From Botryllus schlosseri (Eukaryota), in assembly GCA_051294905.1 (NCBI GenBank), contig CM119381.1, forward strand, positions 13,764,001 through 13,828,000: 64,000 bases of DNA. Reading direction: 5' to 3'. The translations under genes and the position numbers were made by a program. Every line of letters begins with the position of its first letter. Position 1 is the first letter of the stretch. The notes below the pieces were generated by a model. The model had not been told where the DNA came from and did not search any database. It worked only from the letters and a program-made list of their open reading frames with translations. This document shows positions 1 through 13,949 of this stretch, piece by piece.

Positions 1-981
1 TTATTTGAATTATTTCAAGTCAGACAAAGCAACAACTATTTACGATTTTCGTCCGCACCCACCCGGATTTTCATCCGCACTCTTCCGCACCACGTTTGTC
101 ATCCGCACTGCACATTTTTTCACCCGCACAACTGCGCATCATCCCACAGGTTGAAAAGCACTGGTCTATATATAGTAATCGGTGGATTTAGGAATCCGTA
201 AATAAAAGCACAAATGTGGATTTAACACATTGACTATATACATTCTCTAGTTGTTAGCGATCTGGTTCTGCTATATTCACTTCTTTTTTAAACGTATCTT
301 GGTTCTATGGATATTATTCATACTATATACTCACTAATGATAAGGTCAGTCAGCAGTGTCAGTACCCTTCCAATGGTTATAACTAGTGATGTAATTTGTG
401 TGAATGCCGGAATTTGCGGCACGCGTATAGAGAGAAGTCGCACTCCGACAGTGTTGAAAAATTATCCATTCGTTCATTCCGTGAGTGAACAGAGTGTAGG
501 GATGCATGAGTTCGTCAGAACAAATTTTGGGGTTCATGAAATCAAAAATGGTTGAAGAGCACTGTTCTAGGCCACCAACGGGATGATATTTCAATCCAAA
601 TTCTATCCACTTCATTTTCGGCACAATTTCGTAACAATATACAGCAGTGGTATTCAATAGTGTTGGGACAACTATAGTCGTGACTTGACTCGAGACAATA
701 TTTTTACAGGAATTGACTTGGGTCGTGTTACTATTTAAAAATGACTTCACCTTAATCAGACTCGGCGTTTAAGAAATGTGGATTGACTCGTGACTCGAAG
801 GGAAAATTTGGGGTCAATTTCAAGTCATCAAGGTATCGGTACCATGTTCTCGACCAATAAGAGCAACCAGTCATTCAACGATAGTGCAGTCAGGTTTTAC
901 AAAGACATCACTGCTATTTCACAAATAAATTGACCGCAAACGACGTGATTACAATAGGGGTTCTGGAACGGCGTTCTATGG

Positions 982-1050
982 CAGGGGTGGGCAATTATTT
1001 TTCTCCGCGGGCCAAATGAGAAGCAGAAAATACGTTGGCGGGCCGAGTCA
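982..1050. mobile_element. Buster-type MITE left end, truncated (similar orphan ends at ~150-163, ~551-564, 19411-19426, ~40630-40645, ~44584-44640)
   Basis: caggggtgggcaatt...cgcgggcc preceded by ttcTAtgg. Confidence 0.65.
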
Positions 1051-2519
1051 GAAATTTTAGCTGTATTCTCCCGCGTATTGATTTTATTTCTAAATTGAAA
1101 GCAGTGGATGTGTTGATATTGGGAAATGAGAAATTGACGGTTAATTACCAAAGAAATATTTATTTGCCGCCATATTTCAAGACAATGTTAAACATGATAC
1201 ATTTTTAACTCTGTTTAAACCTCTACCCGCGTTTTTCAATCAATATATTAAAATGTATTTGCAATGGTCGAAACAGCCCGTCGTCAGCCCCCCGAAACGT
1301 TGGACTTGGTCCCCTGATGGAGTTATAAACCAAACTCCTGGGGGCTTTGCCCCAGACCAGACCTAATCGGGATGCACGTTTTTAACACTGCTTCTGAACG
1401 AGATTTCTTGTATACACTAATTGGCAATGTTTTGTGCCCTAATCGCGCGAAGGGCGGCATTTTTCCGTGATTCATGATCCAATCGGTTAATAATATTGGT
1501 AATTGCACATATATTGCTACATTTTTTATCCTCTCTCAGCCCGCGTACTCAGTTTTATCGCTAGAGCTGAGTGAGGTGCTGTCTTGGAAATATTCGGGAG
1601 CCCCTGTTGGTTTATGTTCATTCAAGAAATAATTTTGGGTGCCCTTCGAGCTCACCCCCCCCCCCCCCAATTGGGGAGTTTGGGATGCGGAAGTTACGGT
1701 CCTGGGGATACTATAAGGCTTATTGTCTTGGTAGCGGGTTTCTGAGAAGTGTGCAGCTTGCCGAAATGGCTTTCTTGTTGACCCAAGCTTGCCGCTATTC
1801 CGAATTTCGCCGTCTCTTGATCGAGTGTAGCCTACGTCTTCGTGTTTTTGTCATAGAACCGACCTAAATTATACTCCTTAAACACGACGACGTGCGCAGC
1901 ACTAACTACTAAAAAGACGGTTACTAAACAAATAGCTAGTCCCCCGAACCTTCTTTGAATTTCAACTTTCGGCTTTTCTTTTTTACATCCTTTTCGGGTG
2001 GTGATATACTCATAGAAATCACGGGCACTGATCGATTTGTTTTACGTATTAGGGATTTGGAACTTATCACGTAACAATTTGAAACACAGACCGTTGTAAT
2101 GCGTAATGTGACAATGGCAACAAAGAAGGTTTGGTGACTTCTTGTGACTTTAGTTGTAACGGCAGAATTTTGACATTGACTCTACTTTGAATCTGGATTA
2201 GGCATGTGATGTACGTATAGGCTGCGTAATCGCGGCAGGTTAATGAACAGGCTTGATAGTAAACGAATTTATTGTCCAATTCCTACAACCTAAAAAGTTG
2301 GTTTTATATTTTCAATTTCAAGCAACCTTACGCGGGCCGCACACAATAGCTCCGGGGGCCTCACTTTGCCCAGGCCTGTTTTATGGGATACCAGGAGTTC
2401 CACTGGTTGTCAAGATACAAAGTCTACTAATAAATGATTCATGAAGACACCCCCGTCTTGGCTATCATTGGCTGCAGGCAATTATGCTCGACCTGTAGTC
2501 GAATTGTAACTGTTGTGGT

Positions 2520-2760
2520 TAGGGTTGCATTCAAAACAAACGGTGTTTCAAGACACTTTGTTTGAAACATGTTTTAAACAGTGTTTTAAGCAAATGCCTT
2601 TTTTTAAATGTTTTTTTTTCAAACGTTGTATAATTGTGCCATAATGTGCAAAAACTTTCGAAAAACATGTAGTATGCGACGTATGCGGTATGGAGTGGCT
2701 GGAAAAAAGAAAACATAATCAATAAAATCAGTATCAGTTCAACGAAAATGAAGTTTAAGT
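2520..2760. mobile_element. MITE family with TAGGGTTGCATT-type TIR (copy 1, right end not recognised)
   Basis: tagggttgcattcaaaacaaacggtgtttcaagacac aligns with the copies at 32527 and 16989. Confidence 0.75.
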
Positions 2761-3392
2761 CCTTGACGAACCACAGTGGAGTACGCTGACTTGGAAGGGA
2801 TATATTGCCATCTTTTCTTCGTTGATTGCTGTGTCTGTCCCGAAATTTCGACCGTGTTGTGACTTACACGATTTTCCTGTTGTCCAGTGCCGCTTCGTTC
2901 CATACCGTAACTGTGATATTGCGCAGCCTGAAGTCTGTGCTATAATAATATTACCAACAGTATATTATTTATAGACGCAGAGCAATTAAAATAGCGAAAT
3001 GGCGGCGAATATCCCGGTATTTTGTTATTTTCGCTTATAAATGACTATAGCCAAGGCATACTTTCCCCGGTAGCGCTCATAGCTTAACTGTAGCTAGTCA
3101 TGCATTCTCCTGATCTGTTCACAAAAAATTGCTTTCTTTCCTTCTTTATCTTACTATGCGAAATCGGTGTGCTCTGCTCATAGACACCTTTAGATTTCCC
3201 CTGCAGTTATGATGTCGCATTGGTGCCTGTATCTGAACTCTATATGACAAAGCATTGGCTCGACCGTGCTGGTATATGCCGGTTTTGACGGTGTTCCACA
3301 ACGAGATTAGTTCCGAAATCACGTATGAGCTGATTCGTCGATTTGTCTGAAGAAAAAATCGTGTCGCAGTAGATGGTGTATAGTTAGAAATA

Positions 3393-3670
3393 TTTTGTTG
3401 TTGTTGTTTGTGGTATTCATGGTGTTTGTCGACTACTATGGTCATTGTACACCAGGCCAATTTTCTTCATTTTTATTCCGTAGCTGCCGACTTGTAGCAC
3501 GGCCCACATCTAGGCTTTTATAAGACACCGCTTACACGGATGAGATGGTGAGGAGGAGCCTAGATAAACCTCCAAGACTTAAGTAGGAATTCTGGAGTCG
3601 ACCTCGGTCGGACTCGCACCGCAACCCATTGGTGTTGAGGTGGATTATACCACTATACGCTATGTCGCCA
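3393..3670 (-). mobile_element. tRNA-derived SINE, full length
   Basis: Minus strand begins TGGCGACATAGCGTATAGTGG (A box) ...GGTGCGAGTCC (B box), then the family body and a (CAA)n tail. Confidence 0.88.
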
Positions 3671-5137
3671 TGTGATTATACTAGAACAATGGTTAATTAA
3701 CATTCGACATAATCTGTAAAACCTCGAAATTTTTCGCGCGAAATCTGTGTCTAATCAACGATATTTGCAACATATTTCCATAAATGCATTGGTTTATTAT
3801 AATTCATGTAAACTGTTTCCCAGTTTCCCGTTAAAACACTCTCGTCGCACTAGCTCATATTCTTTTCGACGAAAGGTCTCGAACTATAGGTATTGTATCC
3901 TGCACCGGACAGCGTGTCGAAGTCAAAAAAGAGGTGCTGTACCAATTTTGAGAGTGAGAGCCATGAGGTTCACGTTCGCGTACACACAGAACACTTCAAA
4001 AAGGTTCTCGTTCATACGAACCTGAACCTTTCACAGGTTCAAAACCCAACTGTATACGAAGTGCGAATAAAGCACTCTGCGATCCGAAAGCTAGCCCCAG
4101 GTATCTTGAAATATTTACGGAAAAGTTGTTATAAAAGATCGTGGTATGAGCTTTTACTACACTTTCGTCGTCATGGGTGACTTCTCACGAATGGTATAGT
4201 AAGCGTGCGCAAATTAAATAAATACGACACCGGCAATATCTTATGCAGACAAGAAGGTCAAAAGCGATTTGTGTTTGAAACAGCATTGCGACGTCATACG
4301 TAAATATTCACAGCAAAGCCTCATTGGGGATCTCGCAACCCTAGCTATTTTACTATGCCCTGGACAATTATAATGCATCTACGAATTTCAACCGCACCAT
4401 TCTAGAAAAGACCGTATTCACATGCAGAAATGTCCATTACGGAATCGTCATTCCTGATCCGTAATATTAGAAAACAATTCTTATGTGCATATAGAGCAAT
4501 TGAGAATATTTTCGGACATATTCGTGCGAATACCACGGGCCGGTATCGAATGACATGCACGCTATATCGCAAGTAGTTGAGCCACGCGATTTCTGCGAAG
4601 TGGGCGAGTGAACAACATGGATCTAAGATGTAATTGAAGGAAATCACAGATTCCCCACGAAGATTTGAAGAATACACCCGAATACTTAGCATCAATTGAC
4701 GCACGAAATTTGGTGGAGTGTCAAAGGTGATCTTTTCCATTTATCTGCTCGCACGCGCACTACGATAATCCGTAAAATGCTGGTGATTCTCTAACGTACA
4801 AGGCACTATAGCATATTTGGTAAGACAGTTATACATCCGGCCCCCATCGGGTATACACAGTTGGAGATCACACATGATCAACTGCCGTCCTCAATAAATT
4901 ATGCTCACTTTTGACATCATTTCCATCCCCTCAATAATGCTACATGATGACGTGAAAAAGGACATCACTTTCTCCCCACCCTCATCACACCCTGATATTT
5001 CAAATGAGTTACTGTAGACTAGTGGACATCTGAAGGATTTGCAATAAATCAATATATCAAACTACATCACAGCATTATATACGAGTGTATTATTGTCACA
5101 TGTCGCAAGCAACGTTATACGAAAATTTCGCTTGTTG

Positions 5138-5153
5138 GTGTGTGTGTGTGTGT
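5138..5153. repeat. (GT)n microsatellite; others: (TGCACA)n ~20245-20262, (TTGG)n ~46586-46604
   Basis: Directly visible short tandem repeats. Confidence 0.9.
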
Positions 5154-7623
5154 ATGTATCTGTGTGAATGAGTTTGTAAGGAGTTTTAACGCCGTTCCAC
5201 CTTCTAGAATTCAAGATTTAATAAAGTGATAATGCACAAGAGGATGCCAAGATGTTAAATATGTTTCGATAGTTTCCTCGCATATACTTTCCTTTTTCGC
5301 CAAATGATACACACAGTGTGGTATACGCGATATGATCACGTTGTTAGCTTCCACTTTCCTCACCCGTCGCGCATAATCGCGACGGGTTACAAAAGGTTAA
5401 ATGGATAATTTGAGCAAAGTGATTCCCAAGAGGTATCCTTGCCACCTGGCGATTTAGTTTCATCGGTTTTAATCAATTTCATGATGCAGATATGAAACCA
5501 AGTATCCAGACTATGGGGTTGTTATAGGTTAATACGCTGCGCTGGGAAATGATACATTTGATTCATTTTCTATCCGGTTAGGAATATCCTGAAAGCTTTA
5601 TCTTTGACTTGTCACCAATCAGGCCACCCCTCTTTAGCAATAGTATGTGCACCGCTGGTGTGAAGCGGTTGCGAAATACATAACTGTCATACATGAGACA
5701 CGAGAACAAGATCCACACAATAGCGGCCCACATAGTTTCTCATCGCGATAGTAAAAAATGAGAAAATCGGTCGAAAATATGACTTTGCGATTACATGTGA
5801 CTGTCAAGGTCGCCAGGGTAACGTAATTTTTCAAAGAGATTTACTTTCAAATGGGGAAAACGGCAAGTCAGTTCAGTGGCGTTTAGAGGTTCTCCGGGCA
5901 CTGTGCACCAGACATCGACATTCACAGAGTTCAGTATCTTTGACATAGTAAGCCTTCTGTGCTTCGCCAGTTAGCTTTCAATCATGCGCTCTTCCTCTTT
6001 TCATAAACGATCTCTCTGCAGAGTCTATAGCGATTTAGCGATTCCGGAACATGGCAAGTCAGAGGAAGATACGTATAATGAGAGTACGTATCAAAGTGCA
6101 TACCGTACTATTGCGCCATATCTGCGAAATCTATTGGTTCAAGACCCGCACGCGTGTCACAACTCAAGTTTAGAAAATGAACATAATGCTAGTGCATATT
6201 ACACGCACCCATCCTTGTGTGATTGCCATTTCGTTTGACTTTTGTATTTATCGCCAACACTATTTTCGAAAAATCACCCAACTCTCATGTTAAATATCCC
6301 AAATTATATTTACAAAGGCATATTCTTTTCTAAATGTAATTTGATCTGTCCAAAATGCCTTTCCTGCAATTAGTAGCGCGATTTCGGGCAGATGTTGCAC
6401 GATTTATTGTGGTGAGCCAGGTCATTACGTTCGAAATAATTCCATACTTTTCAACTTCAGGTACTTTTCTTCACTGACACCTTTTGAAAGTTAGTGCCGT
6501 TCTATCCCTTGTCAGCGCAATTATTTGCGTTTGCGACAATCATTGGGGTTTGGCACACTGAACCGCGTTATCTGTACCGGAATGGTCACTCAAAATCTGG
6601 TTCGTGAATCACGTCAACTGTATATACGCCGCTCATTTGTAACGTGATCTGACAAAAAAATGTTATTAAATGTGAGCCAGCTGCATTCATGTATAAAAAG
6701 AACGGAAGACAACTACAAAGAATTAGTATCGAGAGCTTTCAGATAGGTTCATCAGTAAGAATTTGGCCTGCGTCATCTATCAACGCCACACTTAGAGTTC
6801 TTGAGCAACTATGCATACTGCACTGACATTTAAGTCTAGGCTGAATGCAACAGCGCACGGGTGCATGCGTATAGCATAAGAGGTAAACGCTGGCTTTGAG
6901 AATACCATGCGTGTACATTTTTTTTCGTTGAGACTGTCTCCCAATTCATGTATTATCTCTCTAGAGACATCACATAAATATTCAGTATAACTTCGAAGTT
7001 ACATTCGAAATAAATTTTTAGCTGTCGTACTCCAGCACTCAACTTGAAGCTTTTGTAATTATTGATTGCTCGTAATTAATAATTATCGAAAAAAGCTTCT
7101 CGGCTGACTCTCGCATATTGGAAAACGAAATTACGGGATAGTTTCACTGTTGCTATGCCAAGCTTGGTTGCCGTTTTGATATCTGATAACTTTCGTGCTG
7201 CTCTTTCTTACATGTGTTACTTGGGAAGTATTGAAGGCTGTGTAAAAATCGATTGCGAAGAACAACCTTTTAGTTTGAATGGCTACGAGTGGCACCAAGC
7301 AACTGTCTCTATATAGAAGTTGGAGGTCGGTATTCCACACTCATCGGTTAGGAGCGTGTTGCTTGTGGCAATCGTTTAGTTGCAATATGGCTATTATTTG
7401 ATTATAATATGGAGTAAACAATTAAAATTTCCATAAGTTATCCAAGGGTCTCTAGGTCTAGACATCAGGTGGTATACCATCGGTAGTTATTTCCTTCATT
7501 ACCTTACGTCCAGCACTTCTCGTTGATTTTAGTGATGATTTTCATACAATAGTTATGCTTTGTTCCGTGCAATAAGCTCTTGACACGTACTAGATTTTAT
7601 AACGTCTCCCTTCAATCTTCAGA

Positions 7624-7944
7624 AAATCTAGTTGCATTCGTAAATTTGCTATTTCGGAGAAAGTGCGACCAAATATGAAGATATTAAATGGATGCTGCGG
7701 TAAAAAGCATGTATCCACCGACTCCTCGGGGACGTCACCTGGCGAGTCCATCAGTACAATCGAGCTCCATACTCCACTTGAAGACGCTTCTTCTCGCCCG
7801 GTGTCTCCATCAGATTCCAATCGAAGGCCGAGCACTCACAAATGCATCCGTCCGCCAAGGCTATCGGAAATTGAGGGGAACCAAATTCCCGTACAAAATC
7901 CGGCGCAACACCGCGATTGCGTGCGATTTTGCATTGTAATGTAA
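7624..7944 (+). CDS. Candidate orphan terminal exon encoding an S/P-rich tail ending in a CaaX motif (CIVM)
   Basis: Pyrimidine-rich acceptor tctcccttcaatcttcag| at 7623, open frame to TAA at 7944, locally GC-rich, AATAAA at 8270-8275. No upstream exon identified and no family recognised. Confidence 0.35.
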   Translation, partial: KSSCIRKFAISEKVRPNMKILNGCCGKKHVSTDSSGTSPGESISTIELHTPLEDASSRPVSPSDSNRRPSTHKCIRPPRLSEIEGNQIPVQNPAQHRDCVRFCIVM

Positions 7945-8769
7945 CTTCCAAGCTTGCGAACTCACTCGAATAGCTTGCAATACCGTAGACGAACAATCGC
8001 TTGTCTACGCGGAACACGGCAACATGGTTTGGCTCGGAAATTTAACCGGAGGAAAGACTCAACAAGAAAGATACGGCAGGAGCAAGCGCTTTGTTGGCCG
8101 CGCAGCGAAAGCAGTTACTTAGATTTGTGCGGAATTCATCTCACAGAATGTATTTGAGATTTGACATCACAGTACCATAAAAATGATACTACATTGCTGC
8201 GATTATATTGTCTGGCTTCGGTCAAAATAGCATATAAACCGCTTCTTTATTTGCGCTAATTTCTCGTTTAATAAATATGTTTAAATTGATATATGCGCTG
8301 AATTAATTCTCCCAATATCTTGCTGTCACACCGATAAGTCATGATAAAAGAGTCAAACGAAAAGTCTTCGAATTATATATCTATCTAGTTTAGAACGGAA
8401 TATGATGCTTGTGATCATTCGACTGCCCTGGAAGGACATATTATAAAGTTGTGATTCATTCGTCCATTTAATACATAAGATCAAATGCACCACAAGTCCA
8501 TGTATAGAGCAAACAATCAAGATGTATCGGGATGTATTTTTTAGATTCTTTGAATCATTTGCGGGTGCGCATTTTTTATCTTATTGAATTGAATTGATTG
8601 TGACTTTTGGAAACATGACCGCCGTTTGAAATCAACTAGTCTTCGCGTGTGTTTTACTTCAAAAAGGGGCTTTGATAACGGTGTCGCAATAGCGGTAAAT
8701 ATGCTCAGGTACACACCGACACGGACAGCTACGGAGTTGCTACGAAGGGAAATCGGAGTCATATCCTGA

Positions 8770-11700
8770 TTTTAGTTCTGCGGACGCGATAGCAGATTCT
8801 GAGTAATAAAATTGCAATCGCATGGAGTCATGAGCCGGTAGTCCAATCGCAAAGATAGTGAAGTCACATAAAAACTTATATAACTCCAGGATCCCGAATG
8901 CATTCGGATCGAATGCGGGAAGTATGCGAGGATCATGAACGTTTGTACATGCGGTGGACGTTTGGATATAAAGTATTCGTTGAGATTCGGTACAGTTTTC
9001 GGAAAAGCTGAGCAATTCAGAATTGTAAGACCGCGCATTTCCGCGGGTTGAAACAATAAATAACATGATATACTGTCAAGAGGATCGGGATTTCTATTTT
9101 TATTATGTAAGCTTCGCAGCGGATAAAACGTCAAGCCGATAAAGCTATAAATGTGATGTTCTAGAATGCTACCGAATTTTACACTATGGGATTTTTACTG
9201 TTCAAATGTCCAGCTTAAGATAACCGAGAGTAAGTCGAGTGAACGATTTGAATGTACTATAAAATACATTATACACGAAACAAAATGATGATAGAATGGG
9301 ACTATGTACTAGTCTATCAGTATTTATTTTACAAAGTATAGCGAAATCTAGGATCTTATAGTGGATACCCAGACTGTGGGTTAATAAAAACGTAAACAGA
9401 AATGACATTATAACCACCCGGGCAATGTCCAAAATGAAATCTGATACTTACATGATATAGATCACAGTGACAATAATGTCATTTCGTACTAGCAATTTCG
9501 TTTCTAATGCACCAAATATTTTTGTCAAAAAAGTGGATATCAGCAGATATCAAATCCAAAATTTCCTTCTATGATTCTGATGTGAGATTGCAATTCAATT
9601 ATGAAGATACCCACGTATCACTTCATGTCGACGATGAATAAACAAGGAAATACGTCCTCACAGTGAGCGCGCATCTTTCGTTTAAACGTCGACCAACAAC
9701 ATTTCTAGGAATGTTTTGGAATATATACATAATTTCTGGTAATTATTCTTCTCATTAGGTTATCCATAAGCAGTCGTTGTTTTCTTCTGCATGTATTAAC
9801 GACCGGACATCGTTTCTACATGTTAATGGAAGTATTTTAACTATCTCCGAGGTATGGAAATCTTGCGTTGACTCACATCGCGGTTTCTGTCCTTTGTGCT
9901 GAGATTTTACTTCGATTATATTATCATGCGATTCGTGACAATAATCCATAATATCGCCCATGCGGCTCAAGTACTCGACTTGGATAGCTATTCAGACATT
10001 ATCACATATCGCCTATTTGAGGAATAACGGCCGCACTTGAAGACATGAAAGAAAATGGTCTTGCAGCATTACCAATTATTGAATATTCATCACATTGCGA
10101 TTTCAGCACGAATGATCCGGCACAATAGAAGTGGAAGTTTTGGCAATTGTATTAAATATCTTCGAAGCTTATATAATACCTCACTATAACGTTGTAAACG
10201 TGTTTGGCATAAATTTATAGTGGCACAGGTATGGGTGTTGAGCACAGGTATAATATATCTCTATGGCTCACTTGCGTGATCATATACAACTTTATAATGA
10301 GTCATACGCCAACTTATTTCGTACCGATCGAATTTGCGATGGGTTATGATCGAACCCCTCTCTTATTCGATCCTTAATTACAATGAAAACCATACCCCGA
10401 TACTTATGGCATGGTGTTCTGAGCAGGTAGCTATACCAGCAACTCGAAATTCCATTCTGGTTGTTGTTGTTCCTGGTGTTTGGACAGCATTAGTGATTTT
10501 ATACCAGACTGACATTCTTCATTATCATTCCCGAGTTGCCGGATAATATCAATCTCAGGCCCAGGTGGATGTGAGGACACATGCACGACTTATACTGCAA
10601 ATGTCATACTGATTTGCATAACCTATATAGGCCAATACTATGATATTTTTGTTGCGATTAAAAATCAAGTTTTCTTTTTCTTTTTTCTTTTAACACTGTT
10701 GGTGATGCACGCAGGTCACTTTGTGCACCAACATTTTATATAGTAATGTATGAGATGTGAAATTGGGTAGAATTTCCATTTTTAGACTCACCGGAAATTT
10801 GGGGTTCGCCGAAGGCCTGTAGATTTTCCTAAGGGCTCGCCAGGTTAAATTATCCAGGAATAATATACACAATTACACATATTCGTTTTTCGTTTTTTTT
10901 TTGTTTTTTTTTCATCCTATCAGGTGGCTCGGTACATACCAAAATTAGACGTCACGATCATTCGTCATTAAGCGAAAACTTCTTGAAACGAATAAAACGA
11001 CTAATAGGACACGACTTACTCAGAAATTTGCGGGATGTAAATATTGCCTCTACGGATTACCGCATCCGTTGAAGTGCCAGCGGAATCGATATTAACACCT
11101 AGGAATTCCACGTTGCATCGGCCAAAAACAATGTCCTTTATGTTTCGCGATCATCCATCATGATTTACCAGTTAGGATCCATCAATCATACTACAGACAA
11201 GTCGTAAATCGCCTGTGGGGCGACGATTTTCAATTACATTTGCTCTATGCAGAATATCTCACCTTCATCTTGCATTACCCCAGTTCATGTCGAATTACAT
11301 CTCACCACCACGTGAGATACGTACGATAGCAAAATAATTACTTGAAATTGTGACGATGCGACCAGTGATGCCGGAACTTACCGATTTAAGTAATCCGCAA
11401 GCATGCCTGACAACTCTTTTTAGGGATGAGCAGAATCGGGTATAATAGTTCATTGATTCGATTACGAGCCGCGTTGTCGAGCATCACCCATGACGACATC
11501 ATAGATCTTAGAACCAAGTGAAGGTTTGACATAGGTAGGCTACCTTTTTGTTGTTTTCATAGACACGAGTAGCCTTACGTCCAATGTTCGGGACGTTTTG
11601 ATACGGTTGAAATGGGTTTCAAGGCTCCCTTGTTGATTACATAATCCTTCGTCGCAAGCGGCGCATAATTTAAGTGTTAGAAAAGAATTACTCTTCCTTC

Positions 11701-12420
11701 TCGGATCGAATCATCAAAATCACTACTCGACTTACATTCTAGTACTCAGATCATTGTGCCTAGCCCCATTATAAACATTAAGCCGAGAGATTTGATCGCT
11801 GTTACAGTATAGAATTGCGTAATCGTGAGATTGACGTAGCGAATCTACAATCTACATACTTTAACATTGTTGGATTGCTCGATGACTGTGGGAAGTTGGA
11901 TCGGAACTGCATATCGAGCTTCTTACGTTTGAAAGGTTCTGCGACTGGATATACCATGGCATTGGTTTTAATTGTTCAAAATTAACAATGGGTATATTTG
12001 GTGCTGGCAACTCATCTTCGCCGAGAATAAATAACCTCGATATTTCAATCACCCCATTTGGACGTATGGATGGGAATTATTAGCGGCCCGATAATAATTC
12101 ATTAGCAAATTTGGAAGATATCAATCATATATCATGAAATAAAATGCACAATATATGTGCTGCGTCGACTGGCAATGCAAAGAAGATCTTGACTAGCATC
12201 ACACAAATGTTACCACTTTACATCTACTCCATTACGTCATAAATGATACACATGTAGTCTTGTCATATTCCGCATTCTCATCACAGTCTGACGGGGCAAA
12301 ACTTGATTCCGAATCGTGAGCGGAACTATGCAATCATTTCGTGAAATGGCATATTGAGGGCGGGAAAAAATAATTATCGCCGTTATCCTGCACCATCAAA
12401 AAATCAGTGTTCGCGATACG
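8770..12420 (-). mobile_element. Highly degraded Ty3/Gypsy LTR-retrotransposon pol (PR-RT-RH-INT order)
   Basis: Minus-strand remnants in Gypsy order: FFDGAG (~12380, protease-like), PILLIPKK..C.DY.LN (11416-11439, RT), FGRCNVEFLGVNIDSAG (~11074-11125, RT), ELL.I...GMVFIVIKD (~10390-10450, RNase H), IMDYCHESH...DVRSLIH (ORF 9755-9970, integrase Zn finger), LGIHYK (ORF 9202-9432). No LTRs recognised; interrupted near 10690-10900. Confidence 0.7.
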
Positions 12421-13949
12421 ATCGAATCGAAAAGAGATTGTGTGTTTATCACCTGATAACTAAATCTCTTCCAGGAAGGAACCGCGCAGAATCGCAGATT
12501 CGGTCAACCATACGAGCTCTAAAACGACAGGGGTTGGTCTAATTGAGTCTGGTCTAGGCTCGCAGTTGAATTGACATTGCTCAGATATGAATATGCGTAT
12601 CGCATCAATTTGCTAGATAACTGAACTTGACGTCCGAAACCGGTAATACAACTTGAAATCAAGATAATTAATGCAGTAGTGACTGTGTGGGTCAAGACGG
12701 AGTTCTGAAATTTGAAAGACCCGCCCGGAACGGCGACATTTTTGCAATTAAACACAGTGGCTCTCAAACTTATTTACAATTTTTATAGTTTGCTCCACTG
12801 ATCAAGTAACATTTTCAATTTAACTGGCCCCTCGTACAACCGATACACAATCAGTCAACATAATTTTCTCATTGTGTTGTTTGATCCTTTCGAGTGTAGA
12901 CTTTTAAATTCCTAGAAAGCAGATTCAGGCCGATTTATTAGCATTGAAAAGCAAAAATATCGCAACGCACAGTTCAATTAGTGTTCAGTTCAAACATGCG
13001 ACAGCTCATTATAGGTTCGTTTTATGGAAAAGAATAGCTTTGCTCTTCACTGCGAATCTTGTTGAGGAACTGCCTTTTACATAATTATTTTTGTCCTCGA
13101 TCTATGTTATTGAGATTTCAACTTCACATTGCTTGCTGCGCTGTATCACATAACCACATCCAAACAACCTTTTTCGGATATGAACAATATAGGTGCGTTT
13201 AAACCAGAGTGTGTCGTATAACAGAGGGTCTGCTGGTATGTTATTATGCGTTACGTGGCGTTGTTAACTTTATTGGGAACCAAGTTATTTATGAACAACA
13301 CGGCCTGCCAAATTACATTAACGTTGTTTGACAAAAGTCTACGAAGTAACAAAGTGAAACACAAATAATAATAGCGAGTCATAGGCATATATACAGCTTA
13401 GGATACTGCAACATTAAATTTTCTATTGCATGCGTAGAGTATTATGCCGAAGCTTGTGAATTGAAAATTAGGATTCTCAATATTTATGTTACATTATGAC
13501 ATTGTGTGGTATAGGCAAACAATCCTATGGGTTAAAGATCAGTCGATATAGGCGCCCAAGACCCCGGTTATCAACCAATAGATCAAAGAATATTTGACCT
13601 TCGGAATCACTTCTATCACGCATTATGATAGACGGTCGGTAACGGTGGTATGAATAATGCACCTGCGGAAGAATTCCATATCAAGATACCAACATTGTCC
13701 GTCTGTAGGAACCCTTTTAGGGCCGTTGGTATACCGCGTAGTATTAATTGTCCGTGGCGATCATGACACCACCAAATCGTCGTCAGGAAATTTAAGTGTC
13801 CGTTTATCAGTCGGAATTCACCTTAATCCGAGATGTCAGCCAGGTGTTAAAATGACAGCTCATGCCTAAGAGATTACACAGGCATATATATTAGAAACTA
13901 CAAAGATTCAAATGTTTACGTCGGTATTTCGTCCATAATCTCAAGCTAA

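Noticed and set aside
3893-4180. 95-aa ORF
   Set aside because: Overlaps a small GGTTC/GAACC repeat element; no homology or exon structure recognised.
7135-7316. Plus-strand frame with LISDNFRAALSYMC resembling GPCR helix 8, near the CaaX exon
   Set aside because: No NPxxY, no convincing splice sites linking it to 7624, and it ends in a stop.
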